Source of the DNA: a virus
Virus record (IMG/VR): IMGVR_UViG_3300020154_000115
Strand: one strand, 5' to 3'
Length of the DNA: 64,000 bases
Both the position numbers and the translations under genes were made by a program. The notes beneath the pieces are model-generated. The model ran no database searches. It was not told the origin of the DNA and was given only the letters and a program-made list of their open reading frames with translations. Numbering within the stretch: position 1 is the stretch's first letter; each line of letters starts with the position of its first letter. This document shows, in pieces, positions 8,786-18,935 of the stretch.

Positions 8786-8811
8786 TTTTTAAATTTTTAA
8801 CGCAAAAGCAA

Positions 8812-9558
8812 ATGATAGGTTCAAGAAGACCAAAAAGGAAACGTTTCTACGTTGGAATAAAAGCGTCCGACGAACAAAAGCAACCAGATCCACACTTCGT
8901 GATTGAAACACGAAATGATAAAGGTGAGATAGTCACCTTGCCCCGCCTGGAACATCAGGAGATTTCTGGTAGAGTAATTAAGCTCAGCAACGGTGAGTAT
9001 ATGTGGGAAGGTGTTAAGCAAAGAACAATACAGATCGTGCTCGTTGATCAGGATGAAGAAATGAAGCTTGAATTTAATCTTGATTCTAACATGGGCAGAA
9101 ACATCGTGAACCGATTATTGAGCACGACTGATTATGGTGCGTTGCTTTATATCAGGCTGTATATGGGGAAACCAAATGACCAGGGTAAAAAGTATCCTCA
9201 GGTGTTTGTTGGTAAATCCCCAAATGACCAGGCAGACCCGGACAGCATCGAATGGAAATATGCCTACAAAGGAGAATTGGATAAATACGTCACTACGTTC
9301 TATAATCCTAAGCTTCAGAAAGACGAAAGGGATTGCTCAAAGCTCAACGCGTTTCTCCTGGAGGAATGGATCAAGCATTGTAAGGTCGCAAACTCGGAAT
9401 TCAAATTAACGTCTCCGGATGAAACCGCGGATGATGATACTGCGGACACGATCAAAGTTGCTACGGAACCGCAGACTTCATCTTACTCAAATCGGGATGA
9501 TGGTCCTCCGCCGGGGTTCACGCCCCCTCCACCAAACGACGACGATCTACCATTTTAA
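8812..9558 (+). CDS. Putative single-stranded DNA-binding protein
   Basis: Beta-rich body and SSB-like acidic/Pro tail ending PPPNDDDLPF. Confidence 0.6.
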   Translation: MIGSRRPKRKRFYVGIKASDEQKQPDPHFVIETRNDKGEIVTLPRLEHQEISGRVIKLSNGEYMWEGVKQRTIQIVLVDQDEEMKLEFNLDSNMGRNIVNRLLSTTDYGALLYIRLYMGKPNDQGKKYPQVFVGKSPNDQADPDSIEWKYAYKGELDKYVTTFYNPKLQKDERDCSKLNAFLLEEWIKHCKVANSEFKLTSPDETADDDTADTIKVATEPQTSSYSNRDDGPPPGFTPPPPNDDDLPF

Positions 9559-9564
9559 TTTATT

Positions 9565-9837
9565 ATGGATAGACCAGCCTGGACAATTCATAATAACACC
9601 AAAGGGAACAAACTGGCAACTGGTTATAATTGCCAGTTTGTTTTCACGCGTGAATGCGAAGAAAGTCTTATCTCCTCATTAATGAATTTCCTTGAAGTAG
9701 AAATTCTGAGTGGAGAACGGTACGAAGAGGGCGATATGATAATCTACAACATCAACCTCTCGGAGCAGAAACGGAGAGCACTAACCTTAGCCTTTAACCA
9801 GGTCGTCCTAAAGATGGACCCTAACAATCTGAACTAA
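9565..9837 (+). CDS. Hypothetical phage protein
   Basis: Operon packing, TAATG coupling downstream. Confidence 0.55.
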   Translation: MDRPAWTIHNNTKGNKLATGYNCQFVFTRECEESLISSLMNFLEVEILSGERYEEGDMIIYNINLSEQKRRALTLAFNQVVLKMDPNNLN

Positions 9838-10658
9838 TGAACAAATACAATCACGCAGAAGCTTTCTGCCATATGCTATATCGTAGCGAAACCTCGAAAA
9901 CAGAAATTTGGATATGGAACAGTCGGGATGGCGTAACTCCATTTTGTCTTCCGATCGATGGAGAAATGTTCCAGCACGTTAATTTTGGTAAGGACAAACA
10001 AAATCCTGACTATAAACCGAAACCAGGAGATTACATTTTCAGGACGGTAACCCGTGAGGATCTTGTTGAGTCATTAACAAAGAAGATTGAGTGGATGAAA
10101 CAGCAGGTTAAAATAAATCCTCATGATTGGGTTGAAAAAAATGTTCTTGCACGTCCTGAGGCCTGGATGGAAGATGAGATAAAAGAGCAGATCGAACGCG
10201 GGGAACCAACACTGGATAGAATTTTACCAAAGCCAATCACGATCGCAATTGATTTTGATGGCACCTGTGTAACGCATGAATTCCCTGCCGTTGGAGGCGA
10301 GATCGGTGCTGCACCTGTTTTGAAAAAATTAGTTGAAGCTGGCCATCGATTAGTTCTCTTCACAATGAGAAGTAACTGCGAAGGGAACACCGGTGCTTCT
10401 GAAGAATTTCAGGAGGTTATTAATGGTGCCTTCCTGGACGATGCCGTGTCATGGTTTAAAAAACATGATATCCCGTTATTTGGAATTCAAACAAACCCTG
10501 AACAAATCTCCTGGACAACAAGCCCTAAAGCGTACGCACAACTATACATTGATGATGCTGCGCTGGGATGTCCCTTGAATTATCCACCAAAGGGAAGACC
10601 TCATGTAGATTGGTTCAATGTCGAACTAATGTTAAGGAGACAGGGCATTATTGAGTAA
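9837..10658 (+). CDS. Fusion of a conserved phage domain and a HAD-like phosphatase
   Basis: N: EAFCHM..WIWNSRDGVTPF; C: IAIDFDGTCV, LVLFTMR, SPKAYAQLYIDD. Confidence 0.75.
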   Translation: MNKYNHAEAFCHMLYRSETSKTEIWIWNSRDGVTPFCLPIDGEMFQHVNFGKDKQNPDYKPKPGDYIFRTVTREDLVESLTKKIEWMKQQVKINPHDWVEKNVLARPEAWMEDEIKEQIERGEPTLDRILPKPITIAIDFDGTCVTHEFPAVGGEIGAAPVLKKLVEAGHRLVLFTMRSNCEGNTGASEEFQEVINGAFLDDAVSWFKKHDIPLFGIQTNPEQISWTTSPKAYAQLYIDDAALGCPLNYPPKGRPHVDWFNVELMLRRQGIIE

Positions 10659-11345
10659 GATATATCCGATTCCACCAATAACCATTACACCGCCAGCGAT
10701 CGCAAGATTCCGCTGGCGTTTGTATTTAATCGCCTCCTTTCTCCACATCTTACTCTCTTCAGCAAAAGTCATTTCCCGCTGCTCAAGTATCTGGAAGGAT
10801 AGATTTTTCTGATGAATGATCTCCTCCTGGATTGAAATGAACCGGTCCCGGCGATCAATAGATTCTTTCAGCTGGCCATTGATCGTATCGAGTGAGTTTG
10901 CATAAGCAATTACAGAATCCAGCCTGGCTAACGTTTGAGCAATCTCGTTTGCCCTCCACTCTGGAATAACAATAGGCTTTATCGAAGGATTAAAGGTCCG
11001 TGGCTTCGGAAATCTTGCTGTTAAAAAACTATCGGTCTGAGCTGCGGTGTATTTTTTAATCGCTTTGATTTTCTTCTCATAAGCAATGGCCTGTTCCTGT
11101 TTTTCATTCTCAAGGTCCTTCACCTTTTCGTCGGATTCATGATACTGCTCCTTCGCGATCATGGCCACGGCCATCAATGCTTTCTCTCTTTCAAGGGATA
11201 AGGTTAGGGCGGTTGTTAATGAGTCCCTTTCCTTGATCACGTCCTCCAACTTGTCGATATCAACTGAAGGGGCTCCGAATTTGTATCCGCCATAAAATGC
11301 GAAAAGGAGCAATAATGCTCCCAGTATAAAATATATGCGTCTCAT
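10632..11345 (-). CDS. Spanin-like lysis protein
   Basis: N-terminal TM, long coiled coil, C-terminal TM; last gene of lysis cassette. Confidence 0.6.
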   Translation of the reverse strand: MRRIYFILGALLLLFAFYGGYKFGAPSVDIDKLEDVIKERDSLTTALTLSLEREKALMAVAMIAKEQYHESDEKVKDLENEKQEQAIAYEKKIKAIKKYTAAQTDSFLTARFPKPRTFNPSIKPIVIPEWRANEIAQTLARLDSVIAYANSLDTINGQLKESIDRRDRFISIQEEIIHQKNLSFQILEQREMTFAEESKMWRKEAIKYKRQRNLAIAGGVMVIGGIGYILLNNALSP

Positions 11346-11701
11346 AGTACTAAAGGTGGTTCTTCGTCTTTTCTACGATGTTCAATTTCTTTTCCGCGTA
11401 CATAACTTTTTCCAAGTGTAATGATCCCGAATATTGAATCCATACTCCACCACACTTCATGTGGTACCGCTACACCCATCACCGCGATCACGACAAGCGG
11501 AACGAATAACATCAACCATACCCTTCCGGCAAGCTCAACAAATTCCCAAATACCATTCTTTCCGCGAAGACCGGTGTTAATATCCTTTCTCTCGATGATA
11601 TGCATCACCAAAATCAAAGTCAGGGTCACAAGCCCAATGCCATAGGCGATGATTTGAGGCAAGCTTAAAAGCTTGAATTGCTCAATAATGAAATCTTTCA
11701 T
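11342..11701 (-). CDS. Holin candidate
   Basis: 119 aa, 2-3 hydrophobic segments, charged C-tail. Confidence 0.6.
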   Translation of the reverse strand: MKDFIIEQFKLLSLPQIIAYGIGLVTLTLILVMHIIERKDINTGLRGKNGIWEFVELAGRVWLMLFVPLVVIAVMGVAVPHEVWWSMDSIFGIITLGKSYVRGKEIEHRRKDEEPPLVL

Positions 11702-12303
11702 AATCTGTCGAAGATTGATTCAAGGCGCTTCTTCATCTCCAGTATCTCATCGATCTGCTCATCAGTTACCGGATTGTTTTTGTCGAAGTGAAAATTCAAA
11801 GTCGCAACCGTCTCCCTGGTTTTTGTGTCGATCAATCTCACATACAAAAGCGACTCAACTTCATAAACCTTCATCCAGTCGTATAGGTCCGGGAACGAAC
11901 CTTTCACATCGCTAACACTCTCAACCAGGTAGTACCCATATTCACGAATACTCATGATGATCCGGTGATTCATTTCGCTGATCAGCACACCATCATGATT
12001 TTCCTTCACCTTAGAAATAGATCTGCTCTTTGCAACTTCATGGCTTACCGTCTGCCGTTGTATCGACTGGCCAGTATAGAAGTTGGTACCATTGTGAAAC
12101 TGCGTGAGGTAAACACGCAACGCAGAGAACTGAAGACATAACTCCCACAGGATTGGATATATGCGTCCATCGATCACCGCGTTGTGATCAAGCGTATGTT
12201 GCTTCTGTTTTTTGCGGGCAAATCGTTGCTTAAGCCATGTTGCGACATAAAGAATTCCAACGCCAAGCGTTAGGCCGATATCCAGGTAGTCCTTATAATT
12301 CAT
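11698..12303 (-). CDS. Single-TM protein with GAF-like soluble domain (holin/antiholin-like)
   Basis: TM LTLGVGILYVATWL then alpha/beta domain (RVYLTQFHNG..HEV..SLLYVRL..VATLNFHF). Confidence 0.55.
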   Translation of the reverse strand: MNYKDYLDIGLTLGVGILYVATWLKQRFARKKQKQHTLDHNAVIDGRIYPILWELCLQFSALRVYLTQFHNGTNFYTGQSIQRQTVSHEVAKSRSISKVKENHDGVLISEMNHRIIMSIREYGYYLVESVSDVKGSFPDLYDWMKVYEVESLLYVRLIDTKTRETVATLNFHFDKNNPVTDEQIDEILEMKKRLESIFDRL

Positions 12304-12902
12304 TGACGTTGAAAAAGTGTATAGGTGAAAAGATTTCCATAAAGCTCTGCAGAGCGCTTTCCTACGTTAAGCCAGATCGCATGCTCCTTGTCATCACGAA
12401 CAACCTGACAGCCCGCTGAATATGCCCCGACGATATCTGTATCTGTCTCCTTAGTGGTATGACCATTGAGCCCGGCTACATCGGTATACAGTGTCCCGGT
12501 CATATCCAGCTGACCATCTTTGTCGTTATCGCGGTAACCCTTGAATACTCCGGGGCCCGCCTGTTGATATGCTTCGTATTGATTTGGCTTTCCGATATGA
12601 TGATAGCCCGCCTTCCAACATTTCACATGCTGGCCAGGGGCCAGGATGAACGTGCCGTTAACATTGCCTAATTTGTTTTTGAGGTAATAAAGTCCGGGAA
12701 GGGTGGAACCGCGAAAAGTAAGACATTGCTTGATTAGAAATTCATCGAGATAAGCAACTCCCAGAATGCAGCCAAATTCATTAACCAACGGGTTTTTGGG
12801 GCGAATGCCAAACAGGTTAATGTTATACTTCCCCTGATCGTAAAATTTATACCCGTATTTGGCATAAGACGACTGGATGAAGTCGTATGTTATGCTGCTC
12901 AT
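12300..12902 (-). CDS. Endolysin candidate, L,D-transpeptidase (YkuD-like) catalytic motif
   Basis: INLFGIR..GLNGH-x13-SAGCQV..FTYTLF; head of lysis cassette. Confidence 0.65.
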   Translation of the reverse strand: MSSITYDFIQSSYAKYGYKFYDQGKYNINLFGIRPKNPLVNEFGCILGVAYLDEFLIKQCLTFRGSTLPGLYYLKNKLGNVNGTFILAPGQHVKCWKAGYHHIGKPNQYEAYQQAGPGVFKGYRDNDKDGQLDMTGTLYTDVAGLNGHTTKETDTDIVGAYSAGCQVVRDDKEHAIWLNVGKRSAELYGNLFTYTLFQRQ

Positions 12903-12961
12903 TAATCATGCTCCTCATGAATTTCGTAATGGGTTCAAGATGGCAGAAAAAATAAAGCAGG

Positions 12962-15900
12962 TCAATATGGCTCCCTGCTATTCGCCAATTCTTCGCGAAA
13001 ATCGTCGGTATCCCAAGCGCTTTTTATTTGCCTTGCCATCTCCCGAACCTCTTTCCCGGCCTTGTCTTTAAGCTCTGGAGGAGAATTGAAATAGTCCGAC
13101 ATCAAGGCTTTTAGTTCACCGTAAAAAGGATCTGACCAGTGCACGCCATTTTCTTCAGCAAACTTGTAAACCCACTGCACGTCTTTAGATTCGTATACAG
13201 GGTCGTTTTTAAAGAAGCCAGTTTGTGCCATGCTGAAGGTATATCTTGAATCTCCCCTTCCGATATCAGAAATTCTTAAAGCAAAATCACCATAGTAAGA
13301 TCCTGAACTCTTAACGAAATAATCGATCTGCCTTCCATCAACTCCGATCATTCCCTGGAATAGTTTTCCTATCCTGGAAGCTTTATCCGTATTCCTGTAC
13401 TCAAGATTAAGTTTAAGCTCATCCGGAGGAATGATATATTTATCGCGGAAGAAATCATGGTTGGTCAGGATCTCAACAATTGGCCGATATCCACCTGCTA
13501 CGGCAGCATCATCCACGGGCATTAAGGATCTTCCGACACTTGCCGCATATCCGTCCATGGCACTATCCTGATCAAAAACGAACTTGCTCATAATCCGTTC
13601 AATCCCCGATGCCATAACTCCAATCTCAAAAGCTTTTGGTATGGATATCCAAAGGTTCTGTCCTACCGGTATGTTGTAAAATAAGTCACGTCGGTAATCC
13701 GGAAGATTCTCATACTCCTCATCATCACCAAGCGCATGGACCACAAGCCTGGTTAGCATTGTCGGTATCACCGCGAACAAAGCAAATCGAATCGCAAATC
13801 CTGCCGGATTCTCTTTCCCTGATCTGATCGTTTTTCTTAGACCTTGAATCGCCGCGTTTGAGAAAGGAACCATTTGATTGATTACCCGCATCCACTCCCC
13901 GGCCACACTGAAGTCCAAAAGATCCCGCGACTGGTATGCAGCATAGACCATAGCGTTATAATCATCCATGCCCTGGTCTTTTGCTTTTTTAAATGAGCTC
14001 CTGTACTCTTCAAGTCTCGTAGAGCGCTCAGCTCCGCTTAAGAACTTTTGGTATCCATCCCACATCTTTCCAGGAAGACTCATGATCGTGTTGCTCTGCT
14101 TTGTCATCTTGGCCACCGCCTGATCCATCATTTGATAATAGAAGTTGTCATTCATCAAATAATAACCGGCCTGGCCACCCCCGAAAAGCTGGAACATGTC
14201 ACGTGCGTTATTCTTCAGCTTTTTATCAAAGTAGATGTCATAACCCTTGTACGCGTTTGTGTTTGAAACTACAAAGCGCTGTTGTGTATCACGCACTTTG
14301 TTTCTTGCCGCGAACACAGGGAAGTTGGTTACACTCCACCTGAGCAGCTGGGGCAATGCCGTAAGAACAATTGGTAACGTATAGGCAGTATCAAACAATC
14401 CCTTCACCGAACGATAAACATCCGGGTCCAGCTGCCAATACTCCGATGCTCCATTGTAGAAGATCTGTACGACATTTTTATCCTTGCTTGTGGCTGGCCG
14501 TGCGATATCTGCGGTTAATACCGGCTCTCCCTGGCCCATCGATCTATTTTGCTTGAACAATTCCCGGAATGCCAGCATAGCTTCATTGCGATCGGATTCA
14601 CGAATAGATCGTGCCGTAATCTCAACTAAAGATTCGTATGGGTTCTTGATCAGCGCGGAGCTTCCCTTTATCGAGTGCACAATTTTAGAGGTAGAACCTA
14701 ATGCTTTCCCGCCTTTGGTGGATTTATAAACAACAATCTCTTCTCCCGGTGCTACCTCGAGTATTCTCGACAAAGCAACATACTGAGTGTTGTCAGCCTT
14801 GATCTGATCGTATTGGGCTTCCGACATCCTTCCCTTGTCCACCATGTATTGTAAAACGCGATCGGCATACTCGCGGTACCGCCGAACACCTTCCTCAATA
14901 CGTTCCTGTTTTGCTTTGGAATAACCTTTAAATTCCGCAATTCGTTGAGAGGCAACCTGAACATCCTTGAATATCCCGGCTCCAATACCCGTTAAAAGAT
15001 CAGCTCTACCAAAACGTGCTGATAGCTCCATGGTACGCTGCGCCACCATGTAGGAGATGGCTTCCTGTTGCTCTTTGAGTAACGATGCCGGATCAGTAGC
15101 ATCAAATGGCTGGAGGAGCCATTCAAAGTTCATGCGTTTTCTGCTTACAGGATCCAAGATTCTTTTGTTCCGTTTGTTAACCAGACCTTCACGGAAAATG
15201 TTATCAATCTTTTCGTTTGCTCCCATCAGGAGTTTTGCAAGTAATACAGGATCCTTGCTTGCATCCACGTTGGTACCGGTAACCTCCTTCAGCCATTTTA
15301 CAGACTTCTCGAAATACGTTTTATCGTTAAGGAATTTGTTTGACAACCGGTCCATCCAGGTTATCTGAAAGTTATCTTTACTTGTTGCGGATGGTTTGAA
15401 AAATGATGCAAGTCCTCCTTTTTTCTTCTCCGGATCAAACTGAGTATTAGACATCACCTGGTCATGGGCACTCAATCCCGCGAAGGTCCTGATATCGGTA
15501 CCAAAAGCATCAATGGTTTTTATAGTGGCATCCGGTACCATCTTTTTCAAATGGGCCGTCAACTCAGGATAAACCTGAGCGGCTTCATTCGGATTAACCA
15601 AGTATGCGCGTATAAATTCTGCTACACCTTCGCCATATTGATAATTCTGAGGATTAGGATGGCCCTTGGGTGGCTTACTTCCCCATTGAGATAATTGCTT
15701 CAGTTCTTTTTCAATTGCAGACTTTCCAGTTTGAGCAATACCCCTTAGAAAACCAAATCGATCATCCAGAGCGTGGCCTAACTCATGGGCGGTAACGTCA
15801 AGATCTCCCTTATACTTTATGGCGATCGCCGCGTTTCCAGGGTTGTAAGAACCGATGGACCGCCTGCCTTTAATTGGTGACTTCGTATAGAATACAGGAT

Positions 15901-18900
15901 TCGGAATGCTCTTACTTAAATCAACCATGATATCACGGAGCAGCTTAACCTTTCCACCATAAATCGGAGCAACATTGGTCCGGACGGTCTTGACTTTCCT
16001 GCGAACCTTAGGAGAGCCCACTGGAGGCTCGTAGAACTTATCGGCGCTGGCCTGTTCCCCTTCGTAGGTCTTGGATGTTAAATCCTTGTAGCGCTTGTGT
16101 AATCGCTCGTGCTTGGCCTTATCTTCAGGGGTTGCTTTAGCAATTTTAGACTGCATGTCCACCAGCTTCTTTTTGGTGCTGGCTACTGTAGGCTTTTTGC
16201 GTTTCTTGGGGGATTGTTGGGGTGTCTGGCCCCAGTCAGCTGGATAGCCCTTATCAGGATCTATTTTTGGACCGGGATCGCTGGTTCCGTCTGGGATTGA
16301 CTCGCCTGGGATTCCTGTTCCTTCAGTCGTTTCTCCCGGAACGCCTGGAATTGAGGATCGTCCTCCATCTGGATCATCAAGTCGTAAACCTGAGTCCGCA
16401 CGGATTTGATCAATTCTTTTGCGTCCTTCTTCGGTGCTTCCATATTCAAATATAATTTGAATATTTTTCAAATCATCACCATCAAACAGAAAATCGTTAG
16501 AAAGTAGCTCTTGAACCTCAGGATTTTGGAAATTATCCGGGGTTATGCCATTCTTGTCGATCATATCAAGCGCATACATGAATTTCGCATCACCCGTCAA
16601 AGCCTCGTTGACTTCCGGAGTAATGTCGTCGGCCGCTACTTGTTTCTTCTTTTTGGAAATCAATGATGCGGTTCTTTTGTTCAGCGATTTCCCGGTAAGT
16701 TCTTTATACCTCGCGTTTATTTTACTTAAAACCGGGTTTCCATTGGGTTGAAAGATTGAGGCTGATCCACCTGGATGATCCTTCATGAATTCCCACACAT
16801 CATCCGGGCTTATCTCGGTGCCATCACCTTCCGGATTTAATAACAGACTGGCATCCTGAGCGACCTGATCAATGGAGGTCCCCTTCTTTACACCGATATA
16901 TGACTTGGCCATGTTGTTTGATAAGTTATTCTTATCGCCAACGGTTTCCAGGATAGAGGACTGAAGCACTCTTACGCTACCTAAAATTTCAGCGATCGCG
17001 ACCTTCTTAGGTTCTATCGTTGGGGAGGTTACTTCATTGGTGTACAGGTCCGCTAATTCAGAAGGATCGCTTACATCTTTGTATTTGTATTCTGTTTCTC
17101 CTTGCTCAGGGGTACTTGCTGGCATGGGTTCTGGCTTGGACGGCGTAGCCGGAGGTTCTGCCACTGGCTCTTGAGGCACCTTGTTTTCTGCAGGGGCGAG
17201 TTGATGTGGCGGAACAACACTTTCTGCTGAATTAGGATCTACAGGTTTTTGTGCTGGCTCAGCAGCTTTAGCTTCGGCAAAAGATCTTTCCCCTCCAACT
17301 TTATTACGAATCGACTGAGCAACGTCTGTTGCCTTATTTACTCCCTGACCCATGGCAACAAGACCGGAGCCACCCACAATACCTTGTGCTCCTGCCTCAA
17401 CCATTTCTGACCAATCCATTTCCGCAAAAGATTCCCCCCACGTCTTTCCTGCCATCTGGCTTGCACCAATATCTTCAAGGCCAGTTTGAATAAATTCCGT
17501 TCCTCCTTCACGACCTCCGGCTTTACTCACCAGTAATGCGCGCTCCTGGAACGCTTTGAAGATCTCCTTTTCATTGAATGCATCTTTTACGCCCTTGGCA
17601 CCAACGCGATCAAGTAACGCAGCGGAAATACCAAAAACCAAAGGAGCTAATGATTGATCATCACCATCCTGGATGATTTGATCGAAACTTTTCCCCGACT
17701 CTTCAGAGAGTTTTCTTAAGCCATCCATATAGATGGATCCAACCTCCTGAACAAATGAAGATCCTCCTCCTGTGGCGATGGTTAATGGTATCTGGCCAGT
17801 GGCTTGACCGAGTGCTGAGAATACCCAATTCAGCCCATCAATAGGATCCTGAATTTTATCAAGTTTATTAACAAGATCTTTTTTGTATTCAGCTCCCTGG
17901 TTTTGAATGGACTCTGCCTGAAGGATTAAATTCAGCTTCTTTTTCAGGTTTCTGCGCTTCAGTTCTTCAGTAGGATTTTTCCCCTCCCGCATATCTCTGA
18001 TCTGATCTCCTATTCCTGAAAATTGGCCACCCCCTGTACTTGATTCGCTTATTTGTGCGGCCGTTAATGACAATGCAGCTGAAGGAATATCATAACGCAT
18101 AACTCCCCAAAGTGATTTGGCTCCTGATACCAGCGGATTACGTTCTTTGTTTTTATCAAAGTCAGCTTCGGCCTGTGCTTCAGCTTCGTATTGCGCTTGT
18201 TGCTGTTGCGCTTTCTCTTGCTGAGGGCGAGTTCTTTCGTTGTAACCGGAATAGTTTTTCTCTAACTCTTCACGATTAATAGTTTGCGCTTTATTAACGA
18301 TATCACCGTACTGACTGGTTTTTAATTCGGCTTCTCGATCGATCTCCTTTACGCTCTTGCCAACAAGCATTTTGCTTAACTCCTCTGCAGGGAGCTCCTG
18401 CCAGGTAACAGGAGTTCCATCCGGGAATGCATATCCCGATAACTCCTGATTTAGTTTCTCAAGCTGCTCGGGTTTAAGATTTAGGTCGTTAATTAATTTT
18501 GATTGAGCATCAACATCCGGCTTCTGTTTGGTAAGAAGCCTTTTGAAGTCAGCGACTTGTTTCTGTTGGGCTGTAGGTGGACCTGCTATTCGATTTTTGG
18601 CAGCAACTTTAAGCTGCTCCTCCAGTTCATTAACTTCCGGGGATGAAGCCTGTGAGCCAATGCCACCAGGTGATCCAGAAAGGTCTTTTTTTTTTAGAGG
18701 CTCTGCAGTCTGTTGGTCCATGACGTCATCTCTGAAGCCATCAAAACCAACCTCCTTCAGCTGAGGATTGTTCTTTGTCAAACCCTCATACACAACACGC
18801 AGGTTGTTCTCATCCTGCATATCCTCATAAAAAGCATCAAACCCAGCCTCTTTGAGCTGGGTGTTTTTTGATGATAAACCTTCAAATATTGCTTTTAACC

Positions 18901-18934
18901 TTTCGCGTGGATCGGTTTGCACCATCTGTTCCAT
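12962..18934 (-). CDS. Giant internal virion/ejection protein, large polyvalent protein with zincin motif and LPD38-like C-terminus
   Basis: 1990 aa; TAHELGHALD..EGVAEF; C-terminal RDLLDFSVAG..VPFSNAAIQG..PDYRRDLFY. Confidence 0.75.
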   Translation of the reverse strand: MEQMVQTDPRERLKAIFEGLSSKNTQLKEAGFDAFYEDMQDENNLRVVYEGLTKNNPQLKEVGFDGFRDDVMDQQTAEPLKKKDLSGSPGGIGSQASSPEVNELEEQLKVAAKNRIAGPPTAQQKQVADFKRLLTKQKPDVDAQSKLINDLNLKPEQLEKLNQELSGYAFPDGTPVTWQELPAEELSKMLVGKSVKEIDREAELKTSQYGDIVNKAQTINREELEKNYSGYNERTRPQQEKAQQQQAQYEAEAQAEADFDKNKERNPLVSGAKSLWGVMRYDIPSAALSLTAAQISESSTGGGQFSGIGDQIRDMREGKNPTEELKRRNLKKKLNLILQAESIQNQGAEYKKDLVNKLDKIQDPIDGLNWVFSALGQATGQIPLTIATGGGSSFVQEVGSIYMDGLRKLSEESGKSFDQIIQDGDDQSLAPLVFGISAALLDRVGAKGVKDAFNEKEIFKAFQERALLVSKAGGREGGTEFIQTGLEDIGASQMAGKTWGESFAEMDWSEMVEAGAQGIVGGSGLVAMGQGVNKATDVAQSIRNKVGGERSFAEAKAAEPAQKPVDPNSAESVVPPHQLAPAENKVPQEPVAEPPATPSKPEPMPASTPEQGETEYKYKDVSDPSELADLYTNEVTSPTIEPKKVAIAEILGSVRVLQSSILETVGDKNNLSNNMAKSYIGVKKGTSIDQVAQDASLLLNPEGDGTEISPDDVWEFMKDHPGGSASIFQPNGNPVLSKINARYKELTGKSLNKRTASLISKKKKQVAADDITPEVNEALTGDAKFMYALDMIDKNGITPDNFQNPEVQELLSNDFLFDGDDLKNIQIIFEYGSTEEGRKRIDQIRADSGLRLDDPDGGRSSIPGVPGETTEGTGIPGESIPDGTSDPGPKIDPDKGYPADWGQTPQQSPKKRKKPTVASTKKKLVDMQSKIAKATPEDKAKHERLHKRYKDLTSKTYEGEQASADKFYEPPVGSPKVRRKVKTVRTNVAPIYGGKVKLLRDIMVDLSKSIPNPVFYTKSPIKGRRSIGSYNPGNAAIAIKYKGDLDVTAHELGHALDDRFGFLRGIAQTGKSAIEKELKQLSQWGSKPPKGHPNPQNYQYGEGVAEFIRAYLVNPNEAAQVYPELTAHLKKMVPDATIKTIDAFGTDIRTFAGLSAHDQVMSNTQFDPEKKKGGLASFFKPSATSKDNFQITWMDRLSNKFLNDKTYFEKSVKWLKEVTGTNVDASKDPVLLAKLLMGANEKIDNIFREGLVNKRNKRILDPVSRKRMNFEWLLQPFDATDPASLLKEQQEAISYMVAQRTMELSARFGRADLLTGIGAGIFKDVQVASQRIAEFKGYSKAKQERIEEGVRRYREYADRVLQYMVDKGRMSEAQYDQIKADNTQYVALSRILEVAPGEEIVVYKSTKGGKALGSTSKIVHSIKGSSALIKNPYESLVEITARSIRESDRNEAMLAFRELFKQNRSMGQGEPVLTADIARPATSKDKNVVQIFYNGASEYWQLDPDVYRSVKGLFDTAYTLPIVLTALPQLLRWSVTNFPVFAARNKVRDTQQRFVVSNTNAYKGYDIYFDKKLKNNARDMFQLFGGGQAGYYLMNDNFYYQMMDQAVAKMTKQSNTIMSLPGKMWDGYQKFLSGAERSTRLEEYRSSFKKAKDQGMDDYNAMVYAAYQSRDLLDFSVAGEWMRVINQMVPFSNAAIQGLRKTIRSGKENPAGFAIRFALFAVIPTMLTRLVVHALGDDEEYENLPDYRRDLFYNIPVGQNLWISIPKAFEIGVMASGIERIMSKFVFDQDSAMDGYAASVGRSLMPVDDAAVAGGYRPIVEILTNHDFFRDKYIIPPDELKLNLEYRNTDKASRIGKLFQGMIGVDGRQIDYFVKSSGSYYGDFALRISDIGRGDSRYTFSMAQTGFFKNDPVYESKDVQWVYKFAEENGVHWSDPFYGELKALMSDYFNSPPELKDKAGKEVREMARQIKSAWDTDDFREELANSREPY

Positions 18935-18935
18935 T

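Noticed and set aside
16470-16500. DFLFDGDD in the 1990-aa protein as an RNA polymerase DxDGD motif
   Set aside because: The residue two before DGD is Leu, not Asp; the context is a short acidic stretch with no other RNAP motifs.
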